The notes: generated by a model not told the origin, from the sequence alone. 64,000 nucleotides of DNA from an uncultured Acidimicrobiia bacterium (GCA_963836205.1 CAWIIV010000008.1:160001-224000), one strand, 5' to 3'; positions 51,534-62,045 are shown, numbered from the stretch's first letter. Made by a program: numbers and translations.

Positions 51534-52119
51534 CGAAGTTGGCCAGGATGCGCAGCCCGGCCGCCCCCGACTTCTCGGGGTGGAACTGGGTGGCCCACAG
51601 CCGTCCCCGGCGGACGGCGGCCGTCACCGGGCCCCCGTAATCGCAGGTGGCGACCACGTCGGCCGTCGGCTCGGGGGCGTAGGAGTGGACGAAGTAGACC
51701 CACAGCGGGTCGTCGAGGCCGTCGAACAGCGGCGCCCCGGCCGGCGTGCGGTCGAGCACGTTCCACTGCATCTGCGGCCGCTTGACCCCGTCGGGCAGGA
51801 GCCGCACCGTGCCCGGCAGCACGCCCATGCCCTTGACGTCGGGGTCCTCCTCCGAGCCCTCGTAGAGCATCTGCATGCCGACACAGATGCCGAGGAACGG
51901 CGTGCCCGCCTCGATCGCCTCCCGGGCCACGTCCTCCAGGCCCGCCTCCCGCAGCGCCCCCATGCACCGCCCGAAGTGGCCCACGCCGGGGAGCACGACC
52001 GCCTCCGCCGCCCGCACCACGGCCACGTCGTCGGTGAGGACGGCGTCGGCCCCCACCCGCTGCAACGCCTTCTGGGCCGACCGCAGGTTGCCGATCCCGT
52101 AGTCGAGGACGGCGATCAT
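51511..52119 (-). CDS. hisH: Imidazole glycerol phosphate synthase glutaminase subunit
   Basis: DYGIGNL, LGICVGMQ, YFVHSY, QFHPEKSG. Confidence 0.94.
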   Translation of the reverse strand: MIAVLDYGIGNLRSAQKALQRVGADAVLTDDVAVVRAAEAVVLPGVGHFGRCMGALREAGLEDVAREAIEAGTPFLGICVGMQMLYEGSEEDPDVKGMGVLPGTVRLLPDGVKRPQMQWNVLDRTPAGAPLFDGLDDPLWVYFVHSYAPEPTADVVATCDYGGPVTAAVRRGRLWATQFHPEKSGAAGLRILANFVGSVPGD

Positions 52120-52136
52120 GCCGCGCGGCCCGGCCC

Positions 52137-52184
52137 AACTGGTGACGAAAAGTGGGGTCCCGGCCCCGCTTTTCGTCACCAGTT
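52137..52184. repeat. REP-like palindrome of the same family between hisB and hisH
   Basis: AACTGGTGACGAAAAG...CTTTTCGTCACCAGTT. Confidence 0.85.
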
Positions 52185-52193
52185 CGCCTTGGG

Positions 52194-52788
52194 TCACAGC
52201 GAGCCCTTGGTGGACGGCACTCCCCCGCCCTCGATCCGCACCGCGTCGCGCAGGGCCCGGGCCACGCCCTTGAACGACGCCTCCAGGATGTGGTGGTTGT
52301 TCTTGCCGCTGCGCATGCGCAGGTGGAGGGTGATGGCGGCCGACGTGACGAACGCCCGCCAGAACTCCTCCGCCAGCTGCGGGTCGAACGGCGGCGTGCC
52401 CAGGGCGTCGCCCCCCGGCTCCACCTCGTAGCAGCAGGAAGGGCCGGCCGGACAGGTCGAGGGCGACCTCGATCAGGGCCTCGTCGAGGGGCACCGAGAT
52501 CGACGCGAACCGGCGCACACCTGCCTTGTCGCCCAGGGCGTCGCGCAGGCACTCGCCGAGGGCGATGCCGACGTCCTCCACCGTGTGGTGGGTGTCGACG
52601 TCGAGGTCGCCGCTCGCCTTGAGGTCGAGGTCGAAGCCGGCGTGGCGGCCGAGCTGGGAGATCATGTGGTCGAAGAAGGGCACGCCCGTGGCCACGCTCG
52701 TCTCGCCCGACCCGTCGAGGTCGAGGCGGATCTCGATCGACGTCTCCTTGGTGACCCGCGACCGGGTGGCGACTCGTGTACCGGCCAT
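52194..52788 (-). CDS. hisB: Imidazoleglycerol-phosphate dehydratase, +1 frameshift near 52432 (likely assembly error)
   Basis: FFDHM, HHTVED, PLDEA, DLSGRP; then NNHHILEASFK, PSTKG in the shifted frame. Confidence 0.9.
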
Positions 52789-53862
52789 CTAGCCGAGGAC
52801 CTCCTGTAGGGCGGAAAGAAAGGCGTCGTCCTCGTCGGGGGTGCCGACGGTGACCCGCAGGCAGCCGCCCAGGCGGGGCCACGACGAGCAGTCGCGCACC
52901 AGCACCGAACGCTCCACCAACCCCTTCCAGACGGCGGCACCGTCGAGCGCGAGCGGTCGGAACAGCACGAAGTTGGCCCCCGACGGCCACACCTCGACCG
53001 GCAGCAGGCGGAGGCCGGCCAGCAGCCGCTCCCGCTCCACCACCACCGCCGCCACCCGGGCCTCCATCTCGGCCTGGAAACGCAGGGCCAGGCGGCCTGC
53101 GATCTGGCTGGCGGCGTCGAGGTGGTAGGGCAGGACCACCCGCTCGAGCTGGGCCACCACGTCGGCCGGACCGATCAGGTACCCCATCCGGCAGCCGGCC
53201 ATCGACCACGTCTTGGAGAACGTGCGGGTGACGACCAGGGGCCGATCGTCGGCCAGGAGCGACATCGACGACCACGAGGCGAACTGGGCGTAGGCCTCGT
53301 CGACGACGACCAGTCCCGGCGCCAGGGCCAGCACCTCCTCCACCGCCTCCCGGGGCTCGACCAGGCCGGTGGGGTTGTTGGGCGACGTCAGGAACGTGAT
53401 CGACGGGTCGGCCTCCGCCAGCACTCGCCGCACCTCGTCGAAATCGAGGGTGAAGTCGGCCGCCCGCTCCCCCACGGCCACGCCGGTGCCGGTGATGCGG
53501 GCGATGTGGGAGTGGAGGGCGTAGGTGGGCTCGAAGACGGCCACCGTGCGCCCGTGGCCGCCGTAGGCCAGGCACGTGGCCTGGAGGACCTCGTTGGACC
53601 CCTTCCCCACCAGGACCTGGTCGGGACCGACTCCGTGCAGCTCGCCGATGGCCGTGCGCAGGGCCCGCGCCTGGCGGTCGGGGTAGCGGTGGAACGGCAC
53701 CCCGGCCAGCTCCTCCAAAAACGCGTCCCGCCACGCGGGCGGCGGCGGGTAGGGAGACTCGTTGGTGTTGAGGCGGACGTCGACCGTCACCTGGGCCGAG
53801 TGGTATCCCTCCAGGTCGGAGAGGTCGTCCCTGACTCTGATTGGCCGCACGGAGAGGGCCAT
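52789..53862 (-). CDS. hisC: Histidinol-phosphate aminotransferase
   Basis: LNTNESP, GSNE, PNNPTG, DEAY, RTFSK. Confidence 0.94.
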   Translation of the reverse strand: MALSVRPIRVRDDLSDLEGYHSAQVTVDVRLNTNESPYPPPPAWRDAFLEELAGVPFHRYPDRQARALRTAIGELHGVGPDQVLVGKGSNEVLQATCLAYGGHGRTVAVFEPTYALHSHIARITGTGVAVGERAADFTLDFDEVRRVLAEADPSITFLTSPNNPTGLVEPREAVEEVLALAPGLVVVDEAYAQFASWSSMSLLADDRPLVVTRTFSKTWSMAGCRMGYLIGPADVVAQLERVVLPYHLDAASQIAGRLALRFQAEMEARVAAVVVERERLLAGLRLLPVEVWPSGANFVLFRPLALDGAAVWKGLVERSVLVRDCSSWPRLGGCLRVTVGTPDEDDAFLSALQEVLG

Positions 53863-55172
53863 CAGCTGCGACCCAACCGCATCTGGACCGAGAGGGCGTG
53901 GGCGTCGAGCCCCTCGGCCCGGGCCAGGGTGGCCACCGCCGGCGCCACCGCGGTGAGCGCCACCTGATCGAGGGTGATGGCGTGGATGGTGCGGACGAAG
54001 TCGGCCACCTGCAGCCCGCCGGCGAAGCGGGCGGAGCCGAACGTGGGCAGCACGTGGCTGGGCCCGGCCAGGTAGTCGCCCACCGACGCCGGCGCCCACG
54101 GCCCGGTGAACACGGCCCCCGCGTGGCGGACACCGGCCAGCATCCGCTCCGCCCCGTCGCACATCAGCTCCAGGTGCTCGGGGGCGATGGCGTTGGCCAC
54201 CTCCAGGGCGGCCTCGGGCCCGTCGACCAGCACCGCGTAGCCGCCGCCGGCCAGGGTGGACTCGATCTCCGACCGCCGCAGCGACGCCTTCACCAGCCGT
54301 TCGACCTCGGCGGTGACGGCCTCGGCCACCGCCTCCTCCCACGTCACCAGCCAGGCCAGCCCGTCGGGGCCGTGCTCGGCCTGCACCACCACGTCGACCG
54401 CGGCCCACGACGGGGGCACCGAGCCGTCGGCGATGACGACAACCTCGGACGGGCCCGCGAATGCCGCGGGCACCCCGACCACCCCCTCCGCCGCCACCTC
54501 CCGCTTGGCGATGGCCACGTAGACGTTGCCCGGCCCCACGATCACGTCGACCGCGGGGACCGAGTCGGTGCCGTAGGCCATCGCCCCCACCGCCTGGGCC
54601 CCGCCGATGCGGTAGACCTCGTCGACCCCCGCGATCGCGGCCGCGGCCAGCGTGGGCCCGAACACCCGGCCGTCGGGACCCGGCGGCACGCACAGCACCA
54701 CCTCGGCCACGCCCGCCACCCGGGCCGGGATGGCGGTCATGAGCACGGTGGACGGGTAACCGGCCCGGCCCCCGGGCACGTAGGCGCCGGCCCGGTCGAC
54801 CGCCCGCCGCAGCTCCCGGACCACCACGCCGTTGCGCTCGTGGCGGCCCTCGGGCTGCACCTGGTGGCGGTGGTAGGCCTCCACCGAGTCGGCCGCCTCC
54901 TCGAGCGCGGCGCGCAACGCGGGCGAGATGGCGTCGAGGGCGGCGGCCAACTCCGAGGCCGGCACCCGCAGGTCGTCGAGGACCACCCGGTCGTAACGCT
55001 CGGTGTACTCCCGGACCGCGGCGTCGCCCCGCTTGCGCACCTCGGCCAGGATCTCCCGCACCGCGTCGACCGGCGCGGCTCCGCCCTGGTCGGGCCGGGG
55101 CAGGCGCGACCGGAGCCCAGGCCCGGTAGCGCCCCGCAGGTCGAGCCGAGCGAGGATGGGCCGGGAAAGCAT
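53862..55172 (-). CDS. hisD: Histidinol dehydrogenase
   Basis: YVPGG, GGAQA, GPGN, AGPSE, QAEH, APEHL, HVLPT. Confidence 0.95.
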   Translation of the reverse strand: MLSRPILARLDLRGATGPGLRSRLPRPDQGGAAPVDAVREILAEVRKRGDAAVREYTERYDRVVLDDLRVPASELAAALDAISPALRAALEEAADSVEAYHRHQVQPEGRHERNGVVVRELRRAVDRAGAYVPGGRAGYPSTVLMTAIPARVAGVAEVVLCVPPGPDGRVFGPTLAAAAIAGVDEVYRIGGAQAVGAMAYGTDSVPAVDVIVGPGNVYVAIAKREVAAEGVVGVPAAFAGPSEVVVIADGSVPPSWAAVDVVVQAEHGPDGLAWLVTWEEAVAEAVTAEVERLVKASLRRSEIESTLAGGGYAVLVDGPEAALEVANAIAPEHLELMCDGAERMLAGVRHAGAVFTGPWAPASVGDYLAGPSHVLPTFGSARFAGGLQVADFVRTIHAITLDQVALTAVAPAVATLARAEGLDAHALSVQMRLGRS

Positions 55173-55259
55173 GAGCCGATCGTACCGGCGCCTCGCGGTG
55201 GCTCCCTTCTCATTCATGCGGGCTCAATGATGGGAGGGGATTGGGATAGGAAGGAGGCA

Positions 55260-55475
55260 ATGCCCGACCCGTCGCCGACCTCACCGGCTCCCGAGCTGTC
55301 GTCGATCACCACCGCCCTGAGCGAGATCACCCGCCGGGTCACCAGCATCGCCGAGCGGTCGCAGGGCACCGAGCTCGACTGGCTGTCGTCGACGCTCTTC
55401 GACGTGGAGCGGGCGCTGGTCGACGCCACCCGCCGGCTCTCGTCGGCCACCACCGCCCTGCGCAATCGCGGCTGA
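55260..55475 (+). CDS. Small helical hypothetical protein (71 aa)
   Basis: RBS AAGGAGG; LSSITTALSEITRRV...LFDVERAL amphipathic helices. Confidence 0.7.
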   Translation: MPDPSPTSPAPELSSITTALSEITRRVTSIAERSQGTELDWLSSTLFDVERALVDATRRLSSATTALRNRG

Positions 55476-55486
55476 GGGCGGGCGCG

Positions 55487-55516
55487 ACTGACGGCGCCCC
55501 GAAGGGCGCCGTCAGT
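55487..55516. terminator. Perfect 13-bp hairpin with a UUCG loop on the minus strand; likely a bidirectional terminator
   Basis: ACTGACGGCGCCC-CGAA-GGGCGCCGTCAGT. Confidence 0.75.
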
Positions 55517-55583
55517 GGGGCGGCCCGGGCGGCGGGACCCGTTGACCGCCATAGGGATCCAGGTGGCGGGAACCTGATCCCTG
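55487..55583 (-). ncRNA. Candidate 6C-like small RNA: two hairpins with UCCCGCC loops plus a terminator hairpin
   Basis: Minus strand AGGGATCAGG-TTCCCGCCA-CCTGGATCCCT and GGCGGTC-AA-CGGG-TCCCGCCG-CCCG-GGCCGCC; extended -10 TGCTACCTT at 55597-55589. Confidence 0.62.
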
Positions 55584-55650
55584 CGCAAAAGGTAGCACGT
55601 CATGGAGCCAATCCAGCCGATGCCCGGACGCGTGCGGCGTCAACATTCCC

Positions 55651-56332
55651 TCAACTCTTTTGGGCCCTGGCGATGCCCCCGAACGTGGTCGCCGAAGGGC
55701 AGAAATCGGCCAGCAGGCACTCCCCACAGCGGGGCGAGCGGGCCTGGCAGACCCTCCGCCCGTGCAGGATCAGGCGCAGGCTGAGCCGCCCCCGCTCGCT
55801 GGAGCGGGACGATCGCGTTCAGGTCGGCCTCCACCCGCACCGGATCGAGCTCGGTGGTCATCCCCAGGCGTCGGGTGAGCCGCCCGACGTGGGTGTCGAC
55901 CGGCAGTCCCGGCAGCCCGAAGCCGACGCTGCGGACCACGTTCGCCGTCTTCCGCCCCACTCCGGGAAGGGTCACCAGGTCGGCCATGGCGGTGGGGACC
56001 TCGCCCCCGAAGCGCTCCTCCAGGGCGGTCGCCATCCCGATCAATGACCTGGCCTTCGACCGGAAGAACCCGGTTGAATGGACAAGCACTTCCAGCTCCC
56101 CCGGATCGGCGGCGGCCAGGTCGGCCGGGGTCGGATACCGGACGAACAATGCCGGAGTCGCCTTGTTCACGTTCTCGTCGGTGGTCTGGGCCGACAGGAT
56201 GGTGGCCACCAGCAATTGGAACGGGCTGTCGTGGGTGAGGGCGCACAGGTCGCGCTCGTCGCCGGGGTACTCGTCGGCCAGCCGGGCGACCGTCTCGCGG
56301 GCCCTTCCCTTGGGCGTCCGGGGCCGGGCCAT
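55651..56332 (-). CDS. nth: Endonuclease III, +1 frameshift near 55798
   Basis: [12 protein letters not shown], Hh[17 protein letters not shown]; FeS motif [17 protein letters not shown] in the shifted frame. Confidence 0.9.
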
Positions 56333-56371
56333 GCCCGGGAACGGTAGATGCCGGCGGTACCTTGGGCGCAC

Positions 56372-57364
56372 ATGGCCCGGCTGGAGATCAAGCGCCAGAT
56401 GGGGAAGGTCGACATCGCCGCCGTCTCCGAGCTGCTCGACGTGGCCGCCGCCGTCGACGGGCACTACCCCCTCGGCGAACACCAGTGGCTCGACCTCGTC
56501 CACGGCAGCCGCCACGGCTTCGCCGGGCTGGTGGCGTGGGAACCCGGCCACGACCACCCCGTCGGCTACGCCCAGCTGACCCGGGAGGACTCTCCCGCCC
56601 ACCACGGCCCCCTCTGGGACCTCGAGTACGTGGTCGACCCCCACCACCGGATGGCCAACGACGGGATCGGGGAGAACCTGGTGGGCACCGCCCTCGACAT
56701 CGTCCGCCACGAGGGTGGTGGCCGGGTCCACATGTGGGTGCCCAAGCCCACCGCCGCCCACGACCGGCTGGCGGAGACGGTGGGCATGGCCCGGGGCCGG
56801 GAGCTGCGCCAGCTCCGGCGGGCCCTCCCCGTCCACCAGCAGGCCACGGTCGACGTGCGGCCGTTCGTGCCCGGCCGCGACGAGGAGGCCTGGCTGGAGG
56901 TCAACAACCGGGCTTTCAGCTGGCACCCGGAGCAGGGCGGCTGGGACCTGGAGACCCTCCGCCACCGGGAGGCGCAACCCTGGTTCGATCCGTCCGGCTT
57001 CCTCCTCCACGAGCGCGACGGCAAGCTGGCCGCCTTCTGCTGGACCAAGGTCCACCACGACGACGGCACCGGCCCCGGCCACGGTGGCGGTCACCGGCAC
57101 GGCCATGACCACGACCAGGACCTGGGCGAGATCTACGTGGTGGCCGTCGACCCTGCCTACCAGCGCATGGGGCTGGGCCGGCAGATGGTGCTGGCCGGCC
57201 TCGACTGGCTCACCTCCCGGGGGATCCGCACCGCCATGCTCTACGTCGACGCGGTCAACGACGGTGCCCTCCGGCTGTACGAGGACATGGGCTTCACCCT
57301 CGACCACGTCGATCGGGCCTACGTGGGCGACGTCGACCCCGTCCCGGCCCGGCCGCTGCCGTAA
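56372..57364 (+). CDS. mshD: Mycothiol synthase (tandem GNAT)
   Basis: NNRAFSWHPEQGGW, WFDPSGF, FCWTKVH, GEIYVVAVDP, LYVDAVN. Confidence 0.9.
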   Translation: MARLEIKRQMGKVDIAAVSELLDVAAAVDGHYPLGEHQWLDLVHGSRHGFAGLVAWEPGHDHPVGYAQLTREDSPAHHGPLWDLEYVVDPHHRMANDGIGENLVGTALDIVRHEGGGRVHMWVPKPTAAHDRLAETVGMARGRELRQLRRALPVHQQATVDVRPFVPGRDEEAWLEVNNRAFSWHPEQGGWDLETLRHREAQPWFDPSGFLLHERDGKLAAFCWTKVHHDDGTGPGHGGGHRHGHDHDQDLGEIYVVAVDPAYQRMGLGRQMVLAGLDWLTSRGIRTAMLYVDAVNDGALRLYEDMGFTLDHVDRAYVGDVDPVPARPLP

Positions 57365-57388
57365 GGGCGCGGCTTGGGGAGCGCGGGC

Positions 57389-58177
57389 TCAGCCGACGGC
57401 GCCGATGCCCGCGAACGAGCCCAGCACGAAGGTGATCAGGGCCGGGATGGCCGTGAACAGCAGCTGGCGGGCGGCCGAGCGCACGACCCGGCGGCCGGTG
57501 AAGCGCCCGAGGAGCCCACCTACGAGGACCGCGGCGATGGCGCCGAGGACGATCGAGGCGACGACCGCGGCCGTGCCCCCACCGAAGAACCAGGGGAACA
57601 GGGGCACGATGGCACCCAACGAGAAGCTGACGAACGACGACCCCGAGGCCGCCAGCGGCGAGCCGAGCTCGTCGGGGTCGATGCCGAGCTCCTCCCGGGC
57701 GTGGGTCTCGAGGGCCAGCTCGGGGTTGCGCATGAGCTGGCTCGACATCTCCTCCGCCGTCTTGCGGTCGACGCCCCGGGCCACGTAGATGGCGGCCAGC
57801 TCGGCCGTCTCCATCTCCGGGCTGCGGCGCAGCTCGACGCGCTCCATCTCCAGCTCCCGCTCCAGCAGCTCGGCCTGGGCCTTCATGGAGACGTACTCGC
57901 CGGCGGCCATCGAGACCGCCCCGCCGATGAGGCCGACCAGCCCGGCCAGGCGCACCAACGAGGGCGTGGGGTTGGCCCCCGCGAACCCGAGGACGATGGC
58001 GATGTTGGACACCAGCCCGTCGCTGACCCCGAACACCGCCGCCCGGGCCGCCCCGCCCTGGACGTTGCGATGGTGCTTCTCGGGCAGCGTCGGCTCGGCC
58101 TCGGAATCGGGTTCGGGCGGGACCGGGGAGGCGGTGGCGGGACCACTCTCGGTCTCGTCGGAAGCCGGGGTGCTCAC
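57389..58177 (-). CDS. VIT1/CCC1 family Fe/Mn transporter
   Basis: RAAVFGVSDGLVSN, SMAAGEYVS, HAREELG. Confidence 0.92.
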   Translation of the reverse strand: MSTPASDETESGPATASPVPPEPDSEAEPTLPEKHHRNVQGGAARAAVFGVSDGLVSNIAIVLGFAGANPTPSLVRLAGLVGLIGGAVSMAAGEYVSMKAQAELLERELEMERVELRRSPEMETAELAAIYVARGVDRKTAEEMSSQLMRNPELALETHAREELGIDPDELGSPLAASGSSFVSFSLGAIVPLFPWFFGGGTAAVVASIVLGAIAAVLVGGLLGRFTGRRVVRSAARQLLFTAIPALITFVLGSFAGIGAVG

Positions 58178-58358
58178 TCCACGAGGGTACCGCCCGGAAT
58201 CCGGCCGACGTGCCTGCGCCGACGGTGCGCGCCCCCTGGTCGCGGGTCCAGGGTCCGACGGCCGACGCTCGGCTCGTCTCCGATGTCGGCCTGCGCCGTA
58301 ACCTTCCTTCGACGGGCGAGCGGCCGCCTTGATGCCGGCGCTGCGCCATGATCGAGGG

Positions 58359-59417
58359 GTGCCCACACGGTCCCCCGCCTCCCGCTTCGACCTGACCCCG
58401 CCCGAGGTGGCGGCGGTGCTGGGCGACGAGCCCGCCTACCGGGCCCGGCAGGTGTGGGCGGGCATCCACGCCGGCCGGGAGCCGTCGGACATGACCGAGC
58501 TGCCCGCCGCGCTCCGGGCCCGGCTGGCGACCGACCTCCCGGCGGCCCTCCACCTCGAGCACCTGTCGACGTCCGACGGGGGCGACACCGACAAATGGCT
58601 GTGGCGACTCGGCGACGGGGCGGCGGTGGAGACCGTCCTCATGCGCTATCCCGACCGGGCCACGGTGTGCGTTTCGACCCAGGCCGGCTGCGCCATGGGC
58701 TGCTCGTTCTGCGCCACCGGCCAGGTCGGCTTCACCCGCCACCTCACCACCGGCGAGATCGTGGAGCAGGTGGTCAGAGCCCGGCGGTCGGCCCTCCCCC
58801 GCCGCCTGTCCAACGTGGTGTTCATGGGCATGGGCGAGCCCCTGGCCAACTACGGGCCGGTGTGGGCCGCGGTCGAGCGCCTCCACCACGATCTCGGGCT
58901 GTCGGCCCGCCACCTCACCGTGTCCACCGTCGGCCTGGTCCCCGGGATCCGGCGGCTCACGGCCGAGGCCCTCCCGGTGAACCTGGCGGTGTCCCTCCAC
59001 GCGGCCAACGACACGTTGCGGGACGAGCTCGTCCCCATCAACCGGCGCTACCCGCTGGCCGACCTCCTGGCCGCCTGCCGGGACTACGTGGCCGCCAAGG
59101 GTCGACGGCTCTCGTTCGAGTGGGCCCTCATCGCCGGCGTCAACGACCGTCCGTCCGACGCAACCGAGCTGGCCGAGGTGGCCATCCCCCTGGCGGCCCA
59201 TGTCAACCTCATCCCCCTCAACCCGACGCCCGGGTATCTGGTGCGGGGACCGTCGCCGGCCGCGGTCCGCGCCTTCCGCGACCGGCTGAAGGGCCTGGGC
59301 GTGAACGCCACCGTCCGCCGCAACCGGGGGACCGACATCGACGCCGCCTGCGGCCAGCTGGCGGCCTCCGCGTCCGGTCGGCAGGCGGTCACCCTCGGCC
59401 CCACTCGGCGGCCGTGA
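58359..59417 (+). CDS. rlmN: Dual-specificity RNA methyltransferase RlmN
   Basis: CVSTQAGCAMGCSFC, MGMGEP, SLHA, DIDAACGQL. Confidence 0.94.
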   Translation: MPTRSPASRFDLTPPEVAAVLGDEPAYRARQVWAGIHAGREPSDMTELPAALRARLATDLPAALHLEHLSTSDGGDTDKWLWRLGDGAAVETVLMRYPDRATVCVSTQAGCAMGCSFCATGQVGFTRHLTTGEIVEQVVRARRSALPRRLSNVVFMGMGEPLANYGPVWAAVERLHHDLGLSARHLTVSTVGLVPGIRRLTAEALPVNLAVSLHAANDTLRDELVPINRRYPLADLLAACRDYVAAKGRRLSFEWALIAGVNDRPSDATELAEVAIPLAAHVNLIPLNPTPGYLVRGPSPAAVRAFRDRLKGLGVNATVRRNRGTDIDAACGQLAASASGRQAVTLGPTRRP

Positions 59418-60890
59418 GCGGCAGGGGCCCGCTCGGGCGGGCGGTGGACCAGTTCGTGGTGGCGGTGGCCCCGGCACTCACCCGCCTGGCCGGCGAGTCC
59501 CGCATCGGCGACACCGACAAGCTGGCGGGCGACGTGGCCCTGGAGGCGTTCAACCTCGCCGCCGCCTTCATCGACGCCGACGGCCGCCACACCGACGACG
59601 AGCTCGACGCCTTCATCGACGTCTTCGGTCCTCGCTTCGACACGGTGGCCCGGGCCGCCAGCCCCAACGCCATGCGGGCCGCGGGCCTCCTCACGGGCAG
59701 CCGCACGTTCCTCGACTCCCCGTCGCCGCTCTTCGACCTCCTGGTGGGGGCCGACGGCCGCGACGGGGGCAACCGGGCGTGGGGCTATTACACCGCCGCC
59801 CTCGCCGTCGGCCACACCGTCCTCGCCCTCGACGCCTTCCCGTCCCACGCCGAGCTGTCGGCCGTGGAGCGGTTCCGCTCGGCGCTGCTGCACGCCATGG
59901 ACGCAGCCGGGTTGCGGAGACCGGGCGGTCCGCAGCCGCAGCCGGGCCCGTCCGCCGGCCGTCCGGCCGCATCGGGGGGGCCGGCAGTCGTCCCCCCGCC
60001 GCCCTTGGCCCCTCTCGCGCCGCCCCGGCCCATCGAGGAGCTGCTGGCCGAGCTCGACGGCCTGGTGGGGCTGGCGCCGGTGAAAGCCGAGGTCAAGCTG
60101 GTCACCGACCTGCTACGGGTGGAGAAGCTGCGGGAGGCGCGGGGCCTGCCGGTGGTCGAACACAGCCGCCACCTGGTCTTCACCGGCAACCCGGGCACGG
60201 GCAAGACCACCGTCGCCCGCCTCCTGGCCCAGATCTACCGCAGCCTGGCCGTGGTCGAGAAGGGGCATCTGGTGGAGACCGACCGGGCCGGGCTGGTGGC
60301 CGGCTACGTCGGGCAGACGGCGCTGAAGGTGAAGACGGTCTTCGAGTCGGCCATGGGCGGTGTGCTCCTGATCGACGAGGCCCACGCCCTGGCCCGGGGG
60401 GTCGACACCGACTTCGGCCACGAGGCCATCGACATGATCGTCAAGCTCATGGAGGACCACCGCGACGACGTGGTGGTGGTCGTGGCCGGCTACCCGGACG
60501 AGATGGCGGTGTTCCTCGACGCCAACCCCGGGCTGCGGTCCCGCTTCCCGAAGACGATCTTCTTCCCCGACTACACCGACGCCGAGCTGGCCTCGATCTT
60601 CGACGGCATGTGTCACAAGAGCCACTACGTCCCGACCGCCGAGGCCCGGGAGGCGGTGCTGGAGTTCCTGGCCGGGCAGGCCCGCGACCGCGGGTTCGGC
60701 AACGCCCGCCTGGTGCGGAACCTGTTCGAGGCGGTGGTGGCGCGGCAAGCGAGCCGGGTCGTCTCCCGCCCCGAGGCCGAGGTCTCCGACGACGCCCTGG
60801 TGGCCATCGAGGCGGTCGACGTCAACCCCCAGCCGGCTGCGGCGGCCCGGCGGCGGCGGCCCCGGTGCCGGCCGCCGACGGACCAGCACC
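59414..60890 (+). CDS. AAA+ ATPase (CbbX/SpoVK-like) with N-terminal TerB-like helical domain; 3' end uncertain (ORF reads on to 61363)
   Basis: FIDADGRHTDDE; FTGNPGTGKTTVAR, LIDEAH, NPGLRSRF, FGNARLVRN. Confidence 0.85.
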
Positions 60891-61622
60891 GTCACCTGGT
60901 CCGACGCCCTGATCGCGTCCACCAGCCGCTCCCCGGGGTGGACCCGCGCCCCGTCCCAAACCACCGACCGCACGAGCTCGCCCTCGACGACCGCCCCCTC
61001 GCCGATCACCGACGCCCCTCCCGACGCAGCCAGGTTGGCGGCCAGGTAGCGGGCGGGCGTACCGCAGTCGATTGCCTGCCCGTCGGCGACGACGAGGTCG
61101 AGGTCGACCTCCGGGTCGAGGTGCCGCCACGAGGCCTCCCACAGCCCGGCGGGGGTGTCGGGGAGGGTGCTCACGACCGTCCACGGGAGGAGGGCGGCGC
61201 CCGCGTAGGCGAGGTCGTCCCACGTGGCCAGGGCGGGGTCGGGAACACACAGCAGCCGGGACCGCACGCCGTCCCACCCCGTGACGAACGGCCCGAGGTC
61301 GACGGTGCTCCACGTGTCGGCATTGAGGACGAGTGTCGGGCGGCCGTCGATCCACGGCCGTAGGCGACCGAGCGCGCCCGCCGTCCCCAGGCGGTCGCCG
61401 TCCTCCATCGACACCCTGACCCCGAGGTCCATCGAGGTGGGCGGCCAGGGTGGGTTGGGAGCGGTGGCAGTTCACCGCCACCGAGTCGGCGACCGTCCGG
61501 GCCCGGGCGACGGCCCAGTCGACGAGGGGCCGGCCGCCGACTGGGCAGAGGGCCTTGGGCCGGAGCGTGGTCAGGGGCCGCAGGCGGGTGCCGGCACCGG
61601 CTGCGAGGACGACCGCGGCCAC
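60830..61622 (-). CDS. Nucleotidyltransferase (sugar-1-phosphate NTP transferase family), +1 frameshift near 61432; 3' end uncertain
   Basis: VLAAGAGTRLRPLT..RPKAL; then LGTAGAL, LNAD, DCGTPARYLAAN in the shifted frame. Confidence 0.82.
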
Positions 61623-61649
61623 CCCGTCCGCTCCTGCCAGAATGTCGCC

Positions 61650-62009
61650 ATGCAACAGCGCCGGTGGTTGAACCCCGCCCAACCGCAGACCCTCCAGATC
61701 GCCGTTTTCCTGTTCTACGCCAACTCGGCGTTCATCCTGCTGGCCCTGCTGCTCAACGCCGACCTCCCGATCCTGTACGTCGCCATCTTCGCCGGCCAGA
61801 TCCTGGCCGGCTACGGGATCGCCAACGAGGTCAAGTGGGGCTACATCCTCGGCATCGTGATGGCGGTGACCCCCTTCGCCATCCGCTTCTACTACTACGA
61901 CAACCCCTTCGTCGGCACCGGGCTCCTGAGCCTCATGTTCGAGATCGCCCTGATCGCCCTCCTCCTCCACCCCCAATCAAGGGACTACCAACGCATCTGG
62001 TTCAAATAG
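61650..62009 (+). CDS. Small 4-TM membrane protein
   Basis: MQQRRWLNPAQPQTLQIAV...LLLHPQSRDYQRIWFK; native codon usage. Confidence 0.8.
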   Translation: MQQRRWLNPAQPQTLQIAVFLFYANSAFILLALLLNADLPILYVAIFAGQILAGYGIANEVKWGYILGIVMAVTPFAIRFYYYDNPFVGTGLLSLMFEIALIALLLHPQSRDYQRIWFK

Positions 62010-62045
62010 CAGCTCATTGGCTGCTGTAAGGGGTACGGTCGGTCG

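Noticed and set aside
51511-52788. HisB-HisH fusion (425-aa ORF)
   Set aside because: Artefact of the hisB frameshift; hisB ends at 52194 in the corrected frame and hisH has its own ATG at 52119
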